NCBI GenBank assembly: GCA_965277715.1
Contig: OZ255836.1
Span: forward strand, 4,096,001-4,160,000
Direction of reading: 5' to 3'
Length of the DNA stretch: 64,000 bases
Source of the DNA: Gammaproteobacteria bacterium
Lineage (GTDB): Bacteria; Pseudomonadota; Gammaproteobacteria; JBCCGL01
The notes under the pieces were generated by a model. It saw nothing but the letters and a program-made list of their open reading frames with translations, made no database searches and had not been told where the DNA came from. Both the position numbers and the translations under genes were made by a program. Position 1 is the first letter of the stretch; each line of letters starts with the position of its first letter. Shown piece by piece: positions 8,976-20,943 of this stretch.

Positions 8976-11063
8976 ATGAAAGCACCTGTCGACCGATTTT
9001 CTTTTTTCAGACTGGAGTCAGGCAAGCTGATTGTCGCACTGGTTGTCGCGTTACTGATTGGCCTGATAGCCGTGGCAGGGAGTTTTATTTATACCACTTA
9101 TCAAAGCCGCAATAACAATGCATACCAGTCCCTGGTGGGTGAACAACAACTGCTCTCCCAGCGTATTTCCACCAACGCATTGGAAGCGTCACGGGGTATG
9201 GCGGCACCGGGGGCACGGCTCAACAATTTTATTTCCCGTTTTGACGAGACTTTGCGGGTTTTTCGCAATGGTGATCTCGGCAGCGATCTACCACCTATAG
9301 GGACTAACCTGCGCGAGCCACTGGCAGCACTCGAACGCGAGTGGCGCAATAGCCGGGAGTTGCTGGCATTGATCAGTAATGGTTTGCCGACTATCAGATC
9401 GATAAGCGAGCTGGGTGCCAGCGCCGATCAGCGCATACCGCGCCTGATTGAGGAGTCAAACCAGGTTATTTCACTGCTTATCAAAAATGGTGCATCACGA
9501 CAGTTGGTTGCCATTGCCAGTTACCAGTTGACGTTGATTCAGCGTATGTCACATAGCATTTCCGTGATTATATCTGGCGGCAGTGACACGCTTAATGCCA
9601 GCGAGCAACTGCAGCAGGATTTGGTTGAGTTTGGTGAGGTTATCAATGGCATGTTGGGGCTTGGTGCCAACCCTCTGCAGATTACGCCGGTGACCGACCC
9701 TAAAGTAATCGATGGGTTGCAGCGTACCCAGGAACTCTATGAAGTGTTTGCCCGGGGGGTAGATGAAATTAACCGCCTGGCACCAGGTATGTCTGAGGTT
9801 GGCGATGCGGCACACGCGGTTGCTGAACAGGGAACGTTGCTGTTGTCGTCGACGACTACCTTGCGTGAAGCATTGAACCACAGCACAGCGGGGCTTGGCC
9901 TGATTTATCTGGTGGGTGCTGGCGGTGTTGCCCTTGTTATTTTGTCGTTGATTGCATTAGCGTATGTTTATTGGCTCGATTCTGAGCGCCGTATTCAGGC
10001 TACCAGTGAACAGAATCGCCGTAATCAACGGGCAATTTTGCGGCTGCTTGATGAAATGACCAACCTGGCAGATGGCGATTTATCTGCACACGCAACGGTA
10101 AGCGAGGACATCACCGGTGCGATAGCAGACTCGGTTAACTACGCTATTGATGCCTTGCGGAGCCTGGTTGCAACGATTAACCATACATCGGTGCAGGTTT
10201 CCAGCGCGGCTGACCGCACACAATCCACAGCGGCGCGGCTGGCTGATGCAAGTAATCTACAAACCCGCCAGATCACCTCTACCAGTTCGTCGATAAATGA
10301 AATGGCAGAAACGATGACACGCATGTCTGAAAGTGCGGCTGACTCACAAAGTGTCGCGTTGAATTCAGTGGCTATCGCAAATAAAGGGGCGGAAACTGTG
10401 CGTCGCAATATTCAGGCGATGGACAGTATTCGCGAACAAATCCAGGAGACCTCCAAGCGCATCAAGCGACTGGGCGAATCGTCACAGGAAATTGGTGACA
10501 TTATTGGGTTGATTAACGAAATTGCTGACCGAACTAATATTCTGGCGCTGAATGCCGCTATTCAGGCTTCTACTGCGGGTGAGGCAGGTCGTGGGTTTGC
10601 GGTGGTTGCCGATGAAGTACAGCGTTTGGCCGAGCGCGCCGGTGATGCTACCAAACAGGTTGAGGCGTTGGTCAAGGCGATTCAGGTTGATACCGGTGAA
10701 GCGGTTGCGTCAATGGAGCAAAGTACGAGCGGTGTGGTAAGTGGGGCGCGTTTGGCCGAGGATGCGGGCAGTGCGCTGACAGAGGTGGAAACGGTGTCTC
10801 AACAATTGGCCGCCCTGATTCAGGATATTTCCAGAGAAGCGAGCCAGCAGGCAGATATTGCAACAACACTCTCCAGTAATATGAGTGTATTGCGTGAAAT
10901 TACGGTACAGACGTCGAGCGGTACCACCGAAACAGCTAACTCAATTGGAAAATTGACGGCATTGTCAAATGAGCTGCGGGAATCTGTAGCCGGTTTTCGA
11001 CTGCCGGACGAAGAAGAAAATATGTTGGACAGTATTGTTATGCCGGTGAACCTGGATGAATAA
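8976..11063 (+). CDS. pilJ: Methyl-accepting chemotaxis protein PilJ
   Basis: Two TM segments, [18 protein letters not shown], and the MCP hairpin [27 protein letters not shown]. Confidence 0.95.
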   Translation: MKAPVDRFSFFRLESGKLIVALVVALLIGLIAVAGSFIYTTYQSRNNNAYQSLVGEQQLLSQRISTNALEASRGMAAPGARLNNFISRFDETLRVFRNGDLGSDLPPIGTNLREPLAALEREWRNSRELLALISNGLPTIRSISELGASADQRIPRLIEESNQVISLLIKNGASRQLVAIASYQLTLIQRMSHSISVIISGGSDTLNASEQLQQDLVEFGEVINGMLGLGANPLQITPVTDPKVIDGLQRTQELYEVFARGVDEINRLAPGMSEVGDAAHAVAEQGTLLLSSTTTLREALNHSTAGLGLIYLVGAGGVALVILSLIALAYVYWLDSERRIQATSEQNRRNQRAILRLLDEMTNLADGDLSAHATVSEDITGAIADSVNYAIDALRSLVATINHTSVQVSSAADRTQSTAARLADASNLQTRQITSTSSSINEMAETMTRMSESAADSQSVALNSVAIANKGAETVRRNIQAMDSIREQIQETSKRIKRLGESSQEIGDIIGLINEIADRTNILALNAAIQASTAGEAGRGFAVVADEVQRLAERAGDATKQVEALVKAIQVDTGEAVASMEQSTSGVVSGARLAEDAGSALTEVETVSQQLAALIQDISREASQQADIATTLSSNMSVLREITVQTSSGTTETANSIGKLTALSNELRESVAGFRLPDEEENMLDSIVMPVNLDE

Positions 11064-11128
11064 TGCTATCGCCAGGCATTGTAGTTTAAGCAGGTTGTGA
11101 GGCGTCATCTGCTGGTTATGCGCAATTG

Positions 11129-14100
11129 ATGAATACCAAATCGAATGTTGATCTCTCTTCAATAAAATGGGTGCTCAGGCAGCTGGTGCCGATTTTGGGC
11201 GAAGTTCAGCGTGCTATCGTCAATTATGTTGAAGTAGTTGATCAGGTAAATGCTCAGGCAGATTTACAGGCAAACTCAGTGGAGAGCATTGTCGACATGC
11301 TGCGCAAGGTTCACGGCATTGTGCATATGCTTGAACTTCATGGTGCCGCCAGGCTGACCGAAGAAATGGAATTTATGGCACTTGCTTTGCGCGACAATGT
11401 GCCTGAAGACCGCGAATCTGCATTAGAAATATGGATGCGTGCGGCGCTGCAACTGCCCGATTATCTGGATCGTATTAAAGCGGGCAGCCCTGACGTACCC
11501 CTGGTCTTACTGACTTTACTGAATGATTTACGCGCTGCCCGTGGCGTAACCCCGCTACCTGAAGTCGACCTGTTTATACCCGACCTATCGCCTATTCCCG
11601 ACTTATCCACTGTTGAAATCAATGAAATTGCTCAAAGTGAGCAACTACTGACAGAAACCGTAAATGGTTTACGCCGACGTTTTATGCGTGCCTTACTGGA
11701 CTGGTATCGCGATGAACAAAATATCGAACCACTTGGGCGTATGTCGCGGTTTATATTTGAAATTGAACAGGTAGTACGCAGTCAAAGTGTGCGAAAAGTC
11801 TGGTTGGTTTGTCGTGCAATGGTGGATTCGCTCTATCACAAAGGCTTAAGCCCCAACGCTAACATTAAACAGTTGCTTGGGCAGATTGAACGCACGATGA
11901 AGGATTTGTTGGATTGGGGCGAGATTGCCTTTGCGCGTACACAACCAGAGGGGTTATTGACAAACCTGCTCTACCTTATCGCCCGTTCCGATGCACAAAG
12001 CCCACTGATTAACGAAATCAAGCGTGAATACCGCCTGGCGGAATTGTTGCCACATCAGGATAAACTGGTGCGTGCACGGCGTATTTTACAGGGGCCAAGT
12101 ATCGAGCTATTGCAGGTGACCAACCAGGGTGTGCGCGATGATATTTCCACGATCAAAGATATCATCGAAGTCTATGTACACGCTGATAACCGTGAACTGG
12201 CTATGCTCGATCCTATCAGTGGTTTGCTGCGCCGTGTCAGCGATACATTGTCGATGCTGGGCATCGATAAAGCCTATCGCTTATTACAACCACGGCAACA
12301 GAGTCTTCGCGAAATTATCGACCACCACGGTGATCCAGGCAGTGAACGTTTATTTGACATTGCCACGGTGCTACTTAGGATCGAGGGTATGCTCGACAGT
12401 CACATCAGTGACCAGGTTGGCCTATTGGGGCCGGAAATAGCGCCTACAGTTGCCACTAAGACCGGTAACCCGACCCTGAAAGATTTGCCCGAACGCGAAT
12501 ACCAGGCACTGATACAGTCGGTTGTTAAAGAGTCATTGCGTGCATTTGCGCGCATACGCGAAGCACTGATCGACTATGCAGACCAATCTGAAAATGCACA
12601 TAAAATAAAACATGTGCCTGGTTTGCTTAATGAGATCACCGGTGTATTCCATATTATGTCGGATAATCGGGTATCGTCCATGTTGGCGGATTTATCCTCT
12701 GCGATTCAGTCTAAATATGTCGATGGGGGCGTGATTCCCGGTCTTGCGGAACAGGAAAAAGTGGCTGATACCATTGCGGGTATTGAATACTATTTTGAAT
12801 CGATACTCGAAAATGATGAGGTGCATGAGTACGATGCGGTACTTGGTATGATTCGTTTGGCACTGGATCAATTGATGGCAAGTAACGTCGATGATGCCGG
12901 TGAACAGGTCGCTACAGAACAACAGGCTGACACAGGTGACACCGATAGCCTTGTCAGTGAGCACAATAGGGATGATGCATTAGCAGATAGTGATAATGCC
13001 ACTGACAATAACGCAACTACACGGCCTCAACATACCGATCCACTTATTTCGGGTGACGTTTCTGTCGCTGCAGAACCAATACCACAAACCGCCTTAAAGA
13101 TAATCAGCGAAGATCTGGATGAGGAAATCCTTGAGATATTTATTGCCGAGGCACTCGACGAAATGGGTGTTATCAACGAATGCCTGCCGAAATGGAAAGC
13201 CGATAGTACGGATGAGGCGTCATTAACGCGTATCCGGCGCTCTTTCCATACACTCAAAGGCAGTGGTCGGCTTGTCGGTGCGCAGATCATTGGTGAATTT
13301 GCCTGGAGCAACGAAAACCTGCTGAATTATGTCTTGCGTGGTGACCTGCAAGCCAATGACAAGCTATTTGAGTTACTTAACGAATCCGTTAGCGTATTGC
13401 CGCAATTAATTGCCCAACTTCGTGGCCAGGATAGCCAGGTGGAATATGCCGGGCTAATCGATAGCATCAACGCACTGACGCAGCAGAGCATTAACCGGCA
13501 GGGAGTACTGCCGACGTCTCATACAAAACCGGACCCGGTATCACCTAAAGACCCTGGATCGGAATTGGGCTTAGGGGGTGTCGAACTAGAGGGCATCGAT
13601 TCAAATCCAAACCTGACTGATGAGACCTCCTCCGCAAAAGACAACACGATAGAAGCGTTCACCGATACTGAGTTGCCAGGTATCTCACTGTTTGGTTTTG
13701 ATGAGGGTGGGTTGGGCGTAAACGACTTCATCGAGATTGCTGCGCCTGAACCAGAGGCACCTGATTTAGGTGCCTCTGAACCGACTATACCTGTGTTGGC
13801 CCTGTCTGAATTGTCTATATCCGAATCGGATGATGCGGATATGGATACCGACAGAACCGAAGATGCCCGCGATAAATCGGTTGAGATACCTGCGGCGATT
13901 GATACGTCAATCGACCACGGTATCGACCCTGTATTACTGGATATTTTTTCTAAGGAAGCGCGGGTGCACCTGGATACACTGGAAGACATCTTTCAACAAT
14001 CCCGCGAGCTGAGCGGCATTATTCAACCAAGTGATAAGTTAATCCGTGCTTTACATACCTTAAATGGCAGTGCACAGACCACGCAGGTTTACCAGATTTC

Positions 14101-17100
14101 CCGGCTGAGCGGGCCTCTTGAGCGGGTAGCTAAATACAAACTTGAGTTGGGGCAGGCATTCAGCGTCGGGGAAAGTGGTTTATTAAAACAGTCTATTGAT
14201 GCTGTATCCGCGACCCTTGATGCACTATTGGGCGCCTGGAAAATACCTGAATCGGTCGGTGTGATGGCGCAGCGTGTCGAGGCCTACGCCACTGAAATAC
14301 TCGCTGAAATAGAGACCCAGACAAGTAATCGAGGTGATCAGGAGCTGCGCAAAATCTTTATTGAGGAAGCGGAGGAATTGGTCGATGAGAGCGAGAAAAT
14401 TATTATCCGGTGGCGTGCAGCGCCAGAGGATCATCAGCCTATCGCCGACATTAAGCGCCAGCTTCACACCCTGAAAGGGGGCGCTCGTATGGCGGGTTAT
14501 GCCTCAATGGCAGACCTGACTCATGCATTGGAATCATCGGTTATTGCCCGTGAAGTCCAGGGTATAACGCCTTCGGACCGCTATTTTGATTTGCTCCAGG
14601 AAACCATTGATGCGCTGGTCGTTAATATTGAGCAGGCAAAGAATGACCAGGAGATCGGGCATTTTGATTGGATTATCAGTAACCTGAATATGGGTATAGA
14701 TGAGCGGGAACTCGTTGACTTACCTGGGGCGTCCACACCGGCTGAAGCGGCAGTGGCAACAGAAAATGAACATGCCGACGACCTCTCCGCACTTATTCTG
14801 GAAATGGAACAGAGCGAAGCGGAAACGACACCGCCAACGTTTACTCTGGAGGAAGATGCAGCAGAAGAGACGTATGTTGGCGCTGAACCCGCTACTCTTC
14901 AGGCAATGGAGCAGCGCGAACAGGTGACCGACCTGTCAATGCCTGCATTAGAAGAGGAAGAGGTGCCAGAGGAGGCCGGGTTGCCAGCCCTGACATTGGA
15001 AGAGGAGGTGGCACCAGCGGATGGCGACGCTGAAATTGTACACTATGAACCTGAACCGGCGCCCGGCCATGATGAACCTGTCGATGAATTGACGGCGCGC
15101 TCACCTCAACTACCGACTGACACAGGGGGTGCGGAATACGCTGCTCAACCGCTGTCTGTATCGATTAAACCTGACGATGCTGTCTCGCAACAAGCAACGT
15201 TGGTCGGGCAGGGCATGACAATGGATGCGGCACCGGTTGTTGTAACAGAGGAGGAGAAAGAGGCGGCGCATCCGCTAACAGAACCGCCTCGTGAAGACAT
15301 CGATGCGCTTGCGGTGGCGGAACCTGAAATGCCGGTTATCCCCCCTATCGTGAGTCCAGTAGCATCAAAATCGTCATCGGAATCGATTGGTGAAGCGCTT
15401 AAAGATCACATTGACGCACCGCCTACTGCCCGCCGTCTCCCAGACAAACCCAGTGATCAGGTTCGCGTGCGTTCTGAACTACTGGATAACCTGGTTAACA
15501 ATGCCGGTGAAGTGAGTATCTATCATTCGCGCTTTGGCCAGCAAATAGGTGATATGCGTTTTAACCTGAATGAATTGGAGCAAACGGTTGTGCGTTTGCG
15601 TGGGCAATTGCGTTCAATGGATCGGGAAACCGAAGCGCAAATACTGTATGGCTACGATAAGCAAAACGAGCAGAGCGACCGTGAATTTGACCCATTGGAA
15701 CTGGACCGTTATTCGCGCCTTCAGGAACTGTCGCGGGCCTTGCAGGAGAGTGTCTCAGACCTGGAAAACATTCAGGATACCTTAACCAACCTGACCCGTG
15801 ATTCTGAAACCCTATTGATGCAGCAATCGCGTGTTAGCACCGAGCTGCAAGAGGGGTTGATGCGCACCCGCATGGTGCGATTCGATGGTATCGAATCCAG
15901 GTTTTCACGCATCGTGCGGCAAACCGCACAGTCCTTAAATAAAAAGGTTGCATTGGCTATCGCGGGCGGTGAAAACGAAATTGACCGTGGTGTTCAGGAA
16001 CGCATGATTGCGCCGCTTGAGCACGTTTTGCGAAACGCAGTGGCACACGGCATTGAAATGCCATCTGTGCGTGAGGCGGCAGACAAGCCGACTACAGGCA
16101 AGGTCATGATACGGCTGGCGCTGGACGGTGGTGATATTTTGATCCGTGTAGTCGATGATGGTGCGGGGATCGACCTTGAATCTGTGCGCCGTGCGGCGAT
16201 TGAACGCAATATGATTGACGAAAACGCACAGCTTAACGAGCAAGAAGTACTGCACCTGTTGCTGGAACCAGGGTTCAGTACTGCCCGGGAAGTGACACAA
16301 ATTGCCGGGCGTGGTGTTGGTCTCGATGTCGTCGCCCGTGAGATAACACACCTGGGCGGATCGCTGTCGCTGGAAACAGAAGTGGGTGTTGGCACATTGT
16401 TCGTCATGCGTTTGCCGCAAACACTTGCCATCAGCCAGGCATTACTGGTGGAGGCAGCAGGTGAAACCTATGCGCTACCCATTAACAGTGTGCGCGGTGT
16501 TAGTCGAATCAGTTTCGCTGAGCTTGAGCAGCATTATGCAAACCCCGAAAAGAAATACCTGTACGCAGATGAAGCTTATCAGCCGGTTCGGTTAACCAGC
16601 CTGCTAAATGCAGAGCCTGTTCGGATAAAGTCCGCTGCTGATGAGCAAATACCGTTACTGATGGTACGTTCTGGTGAGGTGCGGGTTGCGGTGCAGATTG
16701 ATGATCTGATCGGTCGGCGTGAAATTGTTATCAAGAGTGCCGGTCAGCAACTGAGTATGTTGCGTGGAATCGCTGGTGCCACCTTGTTAAGCGATGGCAA
16801 AGTGGCACTGGTGCTGGATATTGGTGGTTTATTGCAAACGATGGAAGGCGGCAATGTGACGCGGGAACTGGCCAGCCTAGGCACCACCCCGGTAGCCGAC
16901 GTCAATGCCTCTCCAACTGCCCTGACGATTATGGTGGTGGATGATTCGGTCACCATCCGCAATGTGACTGCGCGCATGTTGGAGCGCTATAATTTAGAGG
17001 TGGTAACGGCTAAAGACGGTGTCGATGCGGTTTCACAGCTTCAGAAGCAAAAACCGGACCTGATATTGCTCGATATCGAAATGCCGCGGATGGATGGTTT

Positions 17101-17296
17101 TGAAGTGGCCGGTTTTGTGCGTGCTGATGCGCGCCTGAAAGATCTGCCCATTATTGTTATTAGCTCGCGGACAGGTGAAAAACACCGCCAGCGTGCATTT
17201 AACCTTGGTGTGAATGAATGCCTCGGTAAACCTTATCAGGAAACAGGCTTAATCCACCTGATGTCCAAATTGCTCAACGTAGAACTGAAAGGTTGA
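11129..17296 (+). CDS. chpA: ChpA/PilL hybrid CheA-like kinase (multiple Hpt domains, HATPase, CheW, receiver)
   Basis: Hpt motifs FHTLKGSGR, LHTLNGSA and LHTLKGGAR; HVLRNAVAHG, DDGAG, GRGVGLDVV; C-terminal receiver DIEMPRMDG. Confidence 0.93.
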   Translation: MNTKSNVDLSSIKWVLRQLVPILGEVQRAIVNYVEVVDQVNAQADLQANSVESIVDMLRKVHGIVHMLELHGAARLTEEMEFMALALRDNVPEDRESALEIWMRAALQLPDYLDRIKAGSPDVPLVLLTLLNDLRAARGVTPLPEVDLFIPDLSPIPDLSTVEINEIAQSEQLLTETVNGLRRRFMRALLDWYRDEQNIEPLGRMSRFIFEIEQVVRSQSVRKVWLVCRAMVDSLYHKGLSPNANIKQLLGQIERTMKDLLDWGEIAFARTQPEGLLTNLLYLIARSDAQSPLINEIKREYRLAELLPHQDKLVRARRILQGPSIELLQVTNQGVRDDISTIKDIIEVYVHADNRELAMLDPISGLLRRVSDTLSMLGIDKAYRLLQPRQQSLREIIDHHGDPGSERLFDIATVLLRIEGMLDSHISDQVGLLGPEIAPTVATKTGNPTLKDLPEREYQALIQSVVKESLRAFARIREALIDYADQSENAHKIKHVPGLLNEITGVFHIMSDNRVSSMLADLSSAIQSKYVDGGVIPGLAEQEKVADTIAGIEYYFESILENDEVHEYDAVLGMIRLALDQLMASNVDDAGEQVATEQQADTGDTDSLVSEHNRDDALADSDNATDNNATTRPQHTDPLISGDVSVAAEPIPQTALKIISEDLDEEILEIFIAEALDEMGVINECLPKWKADSTDEASLTRIRRSFHTLKGSGRLVGAQIIGEFAWSNENLLNYVLRGDLQANDKLFELLNESVSVLPQLIAQLRGQDSQVEYAGLIDSINALTQQSINRQGVLPTSHTKPDPVSPKDPGSELGLGGVELEGIDSNPNLTDETSSAKDNTIEAFTDTELPGISLFGFDEGGLGVNDFIEIAAPEPEAPDLGASEPTIPVLALSELSISESDDADMDTDRTEDARDKSVEIPAAIDTSIDHGIDPVLLDIFSKEARVHLDTLEDIFQQSRELSGIIQPSDKLIRALHTLNGSAQTTQVYQISRLSGPLERVAKYKLELGQAFSVGESGLLKQSIDAVSATLDALLGAWKIPESVGVMAQRVEAYATEILAEIETQTSNRGDQELRKIFIEEAEELVDESEKIIIRWRAAPEDHQPIADIKRQLHTLKGGARMAGYASMADLTHALESSVIAREVQGITPSDRYFDLLQETIDALVVNIEQAKNDQEIGHFDWIISNLNMGIDERELVDLPGASTPAEAAVATENEHADDLSALILEMEQSEAETTPPTFTLEEDAAEETYVGAEPATLQAMEQREQVTDLSMPALEEEEVPEEAGLPALTLEEEVAPADGDAEIVHYEPEPAPGHDEPVDELTARSPQLPTDTGGAEYAAQPLSVSIKPDDAVSQQATLVGQGMTMDAAPVVVTEEEKEAAHPLTEPPREDIDALAVAEPEMPVIPPIVSPVASKSSSESIGEALKDHIDAPPTARRLPDKPSDQVRVRSELLDNLVNNAGEVSIYHSRFGQQIGDMRFNLNELEQTVVRLRGQLRSMDRETEAQILYGYDKQNEQSDREFDPLELDRYSRLQELSRALQESVSDLENIQDTLTNLTRDSETLLMQQSRVSTELQEGLMRTRMVRFDGIESRFSRIVRQTAQSLNKKVALAIAGGENEIDRGVQERMIAPLEHVLRNAVAHGIEMPSVREAADKPTTGKVMIRLALDGGDILIRVVDDGAGIDLESVRRAAIERNMIDENAQLNEQEVLHLLLEPGFSTAREVTQIAGRGVGLDVVAREITHLGGSLSLETEVGVGTLFVMRLPQTLAISQALLVEAAGETYALPINSVRGVSRISFAELEQHYANPEKKYLYADEAYQPVRLTSLLNAEPVRIKSAADEQIPLLMVRSGEVRVAVQIDDLIGRREIVIKSAGQQLSMLRGIAGATLLSDGKVALVLDIGGLLQTMEGGNVTRELASLGTTPVADVNASPTALTIMVVDDSVTIRNVTARMLERYNLEVVTAKDGVDAVSQLQKQKPDLILLDIEMPRMDGFEVAGFVRADARLKDLPIIVISSRTGEKHRQRAFNLGVNECLGKPYQETGLIHLMSKLLNVELKG

Positions 17297-17754
17297 TAGG
17301 TTTGACTGAAGAAACACAGGTTAAATGTTTGTTATTGCCACTACACCAGCGGCTGCTTTTGGTGCCCAATGCAGTCGTTGCCGAAGTACTGAGTGATCAA
17401 CTGCTCGCCCCGGCACCGGCAGGTGCGCCAGACTGGCAGATGGGCCAAATAGGCTGGCGCAGTGAGCGTGAGCTGAAAGTTATTTCATTTGAGGGGGTTT
17501 GCGGTGAGATGCCATCAATACCTACAGAAGTTGCCAATGTGGTGGTAATGTACTCGATTGATGGTACCCGGAAAAACCGCTTTTACGGTCTTTATATTAC
17601 CGGCACACCCAAATTTCAAATGATTGATGCAAACACACTGTCACTATCTTCAAATCAGCCGGGTAACGCCAATTGTATAGCGAGCCGTATCGTTATCAAT
17701 GGCGCAGAAGGGTATATCCCCGAACTTGATGAAATTGCGCGTTTGATCGCTTGA
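17293..17754 (+). CDS. chpC: CheW-like protein ChpC
   Basis: LLVPNAVVAEV and WQMGQIGWR motifs; overlaps the chpA stop. Confidence 0.8.
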   Translation: MIGLTEETQVKCLLLPLHQRLLLVPNAVVAEVLSDQLLAPAPAGAPDWQMGQIGWRSERELKVISFEGVCGEMPSIPTEVANVVVMYSIDGTRKNRFYGLYITGTPKFQMIDANTLSLSSNQPGNANCIASRIVINGAEGYIPELDEIARLIA

Positions 17755-17901
17755 TTGAGTTATGTTGCGACAGGCGCCTGGATAAAAATATCTATCTACT
17801 GAAAGTGGGGGAATCTGTCTGATTGTTTGCATCGCCCTGGTTGCAGTAATTAATCCACGGCCTTTTTTGTGCTAGAAATAGAGGAAATGGGGGGAGTTAA
17901 A

Positions 17902-18591
17902 ATGACGTATTTAAAAACCTGTGGTTTAGCCACTATCGGCGTAATGATGGCGACAGTGATTAATGTCGCTGATGCATCCTGCTCAGATAAGCGCGCACCG
18001 GGTGTTGATTGGTCAGGCTGCAAAAAATCCCGCAAGATGCTCGATGAGGAGGATTTCTCGGGGGCACGCTTTGATGGGGCCAATTTTAGCGCGAGTACAA
18101 TGGATGGCAGTAATTTTTCCAAGGCCAGCCTGGTCAAGGCCGATTTAACCCGTGCCAGCCTGAGTAAAGCTAACTTTGAGCGGGCGAACCTCAGTAAGTC
18201 AGTAGGGTATCGTGCGCAGTTTGACCAAGCCAATTTTACTGAGGCCTTACTGCAAAAATCAGAGTTTTCGCGGGCGAACTTTCAGGGGGCAACATTCCTT
18301 AATGTCGACTGGTCCCGCGCAGAGTTGGGGCGTGCCAACTTTTCTACAGCAACACTGAACAGCGTAGTGTTTGAGTACACCAATATGGCGCGTGCAATAT
18401 TCACGGATACCCGTTTAAATAAGGTCGACTTTGCTGGTGCCTATACATTTTTGACACGCTTTGAAGGCGTGGATTTACGCAACACCCAGCAGTTGACGCA
18501 GACGCAACTGGATATTGCCTGTGGCGATGACGAAACGCTGTTGCCGGAAGGTTTATCCAGGCCTTTGAGTTGGCCGTGTGTCGAGGGGTGA
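17902..18591 (+). CDS. Exported pentapeptide repeat protein
   Basis: Signal peptide followed by A(N/D)(F/L)xx pentapeptide repeats, with Cys-containing caps. Confidence 0.9.
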   Translation: MTYLKTCGLATIGVMMATVINVADASCSDKRAPGVDWSGCKKSRKMLDEEDFSGARFDGANFSASTMDGSNFSKASLVKADLTRASLSKANFERANLSKSVGYRAQFDQANFTEALLQKSEFSRANFQGATFLNVDWSRAELGRANFSTATLNSVVFEYTNMARAIFTDTRLNKVDFAGAYTFLTRFEGVDLRNTQQLTQTQLDIACGDDETLLPEGLSRPLSWPCVEG

Positions 18592-18642
18592 AGGGGGAAG
18601 GGGGAAATATTAACTTTATCTTCGCCTTCCCCCTTTTTATTT
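18591..18642. terminator. Putative bidirectional terminator between convergent genes
   Basis: AAGGGGGAAGG...CCTTCCCCCTT inverted repeat followed by a T-rich tract. Confidence 0.6.
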
Positions 18643-20664
18643 TTACAACAGAGGGGCAATTACCAGGCTGACGATTGCCATTACGTTAATCAGGATATTC
18701 ATTGAAGGCCCGGAGGTGTCTTTGAACGGGTCGCCAACGGTATCACCGACTACTACCGCTGCATGGGTTTCTGATCCCTTGCCACCAAGGTTGCCCTTTT
18801 CGACATATTTCTTGGCATTGTCCCAGGCACCACCTGCGTTTGCCATCATTAACGCCAACAGAATACAACCGAGCAAACCACCCGCGAGCATACCGCCCAA
18901 TGCCTCGGCACCAATAATAAAACCCACCAGTACCGGTGCTGATACAGCAATAATGCCGGGAAGAATCATTTTCTTGAGCGCTGCCGTTGTGGCGATATCC
19001 ACGCATTTGTTGTGGTCTGGGTCTGCATTGCCTTCTTTAAGGCCAGGAATTTCACGGAACTGACGGCGGATTTCCTCGATCATTTCCATCGCCGCATCAC
19101 CAACAGCCGTCATGGTAATGGCTGCGATAAGAAAGGGCAGCAGGCCGCCAATAAACAACCCGACTAATACCAATGGATTGGCGAGTTCCAGCGAAAAATC
19201 GGGGTTTTTAACGGACATGGTTTCAACAAAAGCGGCAATGATTGCCAATGCGGCCAATGCGGCGGCACCAATGGCAAACCCTTTGCCGATAGCGGCGGTG
19301 GTGTTGCCCACTTCGTCCAGGCCGTCGGTGATCTTGCGCGTATCTTCACCCAGCCCGGCCATCTCAGCGATACCGCCTGCGTTATCGGCTACCGGGCCGT
19401 AAGCATCCAATGCCATGGTCATGCCCACTGTGGCAAGCATGCCCACAGCGGCGATGCCGACACCGTATAACCCGGCCATCCAGGTAGAGACAAAAATAAT
19501 TACACAGATAGTCAATACGGGGATGACCACCGATTCCATACCGACAGCCAGGCCCGTGATAATAACGGTGGCGCTACCGGTTTTGCCAGATTCGGCGATA
19601 CGCCGGACTGGTTCGGCTGCTGTGTAGTACTCGGTAACCAAACCAATCACAATACCACCGGCGGTGCCGACCAGAATCGCCACCCACACCTGCCAGGAAA
19701 CACCGAGCATTTTTACCAGCATAAAACCACCGACAATGAGTGCGAAAGCCGATATCTGATGGCCCATACGCAGGGCTTTTTCCGGTGCGCTGGATGAGCT
19801 GGATTTAACAATAAAGATACCGATAACCGAACAGATCAGGCCGAGCGAAGACAGCGCCAGCGGCAGGAACATCAGTGCACCACGATCACCGTTTGCCAGG
19901 GCATCAACGCCGTTGCCAGTGCTCATGGCCAGTGTCGAGGCTATGGCCATAGTGGCAATCATCGAACCGCAGTAGGATTCAAAGATATCCGAACCCATAC
20001 CGGCGACATCACCCACATTATCCCCCACGTTATCGGCGATAACACCGGGGTTGCGGGGGTCGTCTTCGGGGATGCCCTCTTCAAGCTTGCCCACCAGGTC
20101 GGCGCCGACATCGGCGCTCTTGGTGTATATACCACCACCAACGCGTGAGAATAGTGCCACCGAGGAAGCCCCCATACCAAAACCGTGAATAGCGTGGGCA
20201 GTGGCCGGGTCACCCCCGAAAAACCAATACAGAAAACCAAGGCCCAGCAGGCCCAGTGAAGCGACGCACAGGCCCATGATCGAACCGCCAAAAAAGGCGA
20301 CGGTCAGCGCGCTTGCCTGGCCGCTGTCATGCGCGGCCACCGTTGTGCGCACATTCGCTTTGGTGGCTGAAAACATGCCGAGGTAGCCAGCGGCTGCAGA
20401 GGCGCTGGCGCCAACCAAAAACGATAGCGCCGTTTGCCAACCCAGCGGTGAGAGAAAAATAAGTACTAATAAAACCCCGGCAAATATACCCAGCATTTTG
20501 TATTCGCGATGCATGAATACCATTGCACCCTGGTGAATTGAATTGCCAATGTCGGCGATTTTGCCGTCACCGCCCGAATAGGCCAGCAGTGCTTTGTAAA
20601 TTGCAAAGGCGACAATCAGGCCCGCCACGCCAAATAACGGTGGCAGGATTAAAAGGTCACTCAT
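18643..20664 (-). CDS. hppA: Membrane-bound ion-translocating pyrophosphatase, K+-dependent type
   Basis: [47 protein letters not shown]. Confidence 0.95.
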   Translation of the reverse strand: MSDLLILPPLFGVAGLIVAFAIYKALLAYSGGDGKIADIGNSIHQGAMVFMHREYKMLGIFAGVLLVLIFLSPLGWQTALSFLVGASASAAAGYLGMFSATKANVRTTVAAHDSGQASALTVAFFGGSIMGLCVASLGLLGLGFLYWFFGGDPATAHAIHGFGMGASSVALFSRVGGGIYTKSADVGADLVGKLEEGIPEDDPRNPGVIADNVGDNVGDVAGMGSDIFESYCGSMIATMAIASTLAMSTGNGVDALANGDRGALMFLPLALSSLGLICSVIGIFIVKSSSSSAPEKALRMGHQISAFALIVGGFMLVKMLGVSWQVWVAILVGTAGGIVIGLVTEYYTAAEPVRRIAESGKTGSATVIITGLAVGMESVVIPVLTICVIIFVSTWMAGLYGVGIAAVGMLATVGMTMALDAYGPVADNAGGIAEMAGLGEDTRKITDGLDEVGNTTAAIGKGFAIGAAALAALAIIAAFVETMSVKNPDFSLELANPLVLVGLFIGGLLPFLIAAITMTAVGDAAMEMIEEIRRQFREIPGLKEGNADPDHNKCVDIATTAALKKMILPGIIAVSAPVLVGFIIGAEALGGMLAGGLLGCILLALMMANAGGAWDNAKKYVEKGNLGGKGSETHAAVVVGDTVGDPFKDTSGPSMNILINVMAIVSLVIAPLL

Positions 20665-20943
20665 GTAAGTTTCTCCTCAGTGGTAGTCATGGTTTCTGAA
20701 CGCCCGCAATAGGCCACCACAATATAATTATATTGCTCATGGTCGATCTCGGGACAAAACGCGAATGATAACCAACTCCGGCCCGGAAGTTTGATAAATT
20801 TGTGCGATAATCGTATGAATCTATCGAAACCGCCAGGCTATGCTGCAAATTTGGGTAACAACAGGCTTAATCGCAACGCTGTACGCGCACTGTCTGGTAT
20901 TTTAGGTGATGCGTTATGCCTGTAACACAGTGATGCCCCTTTC

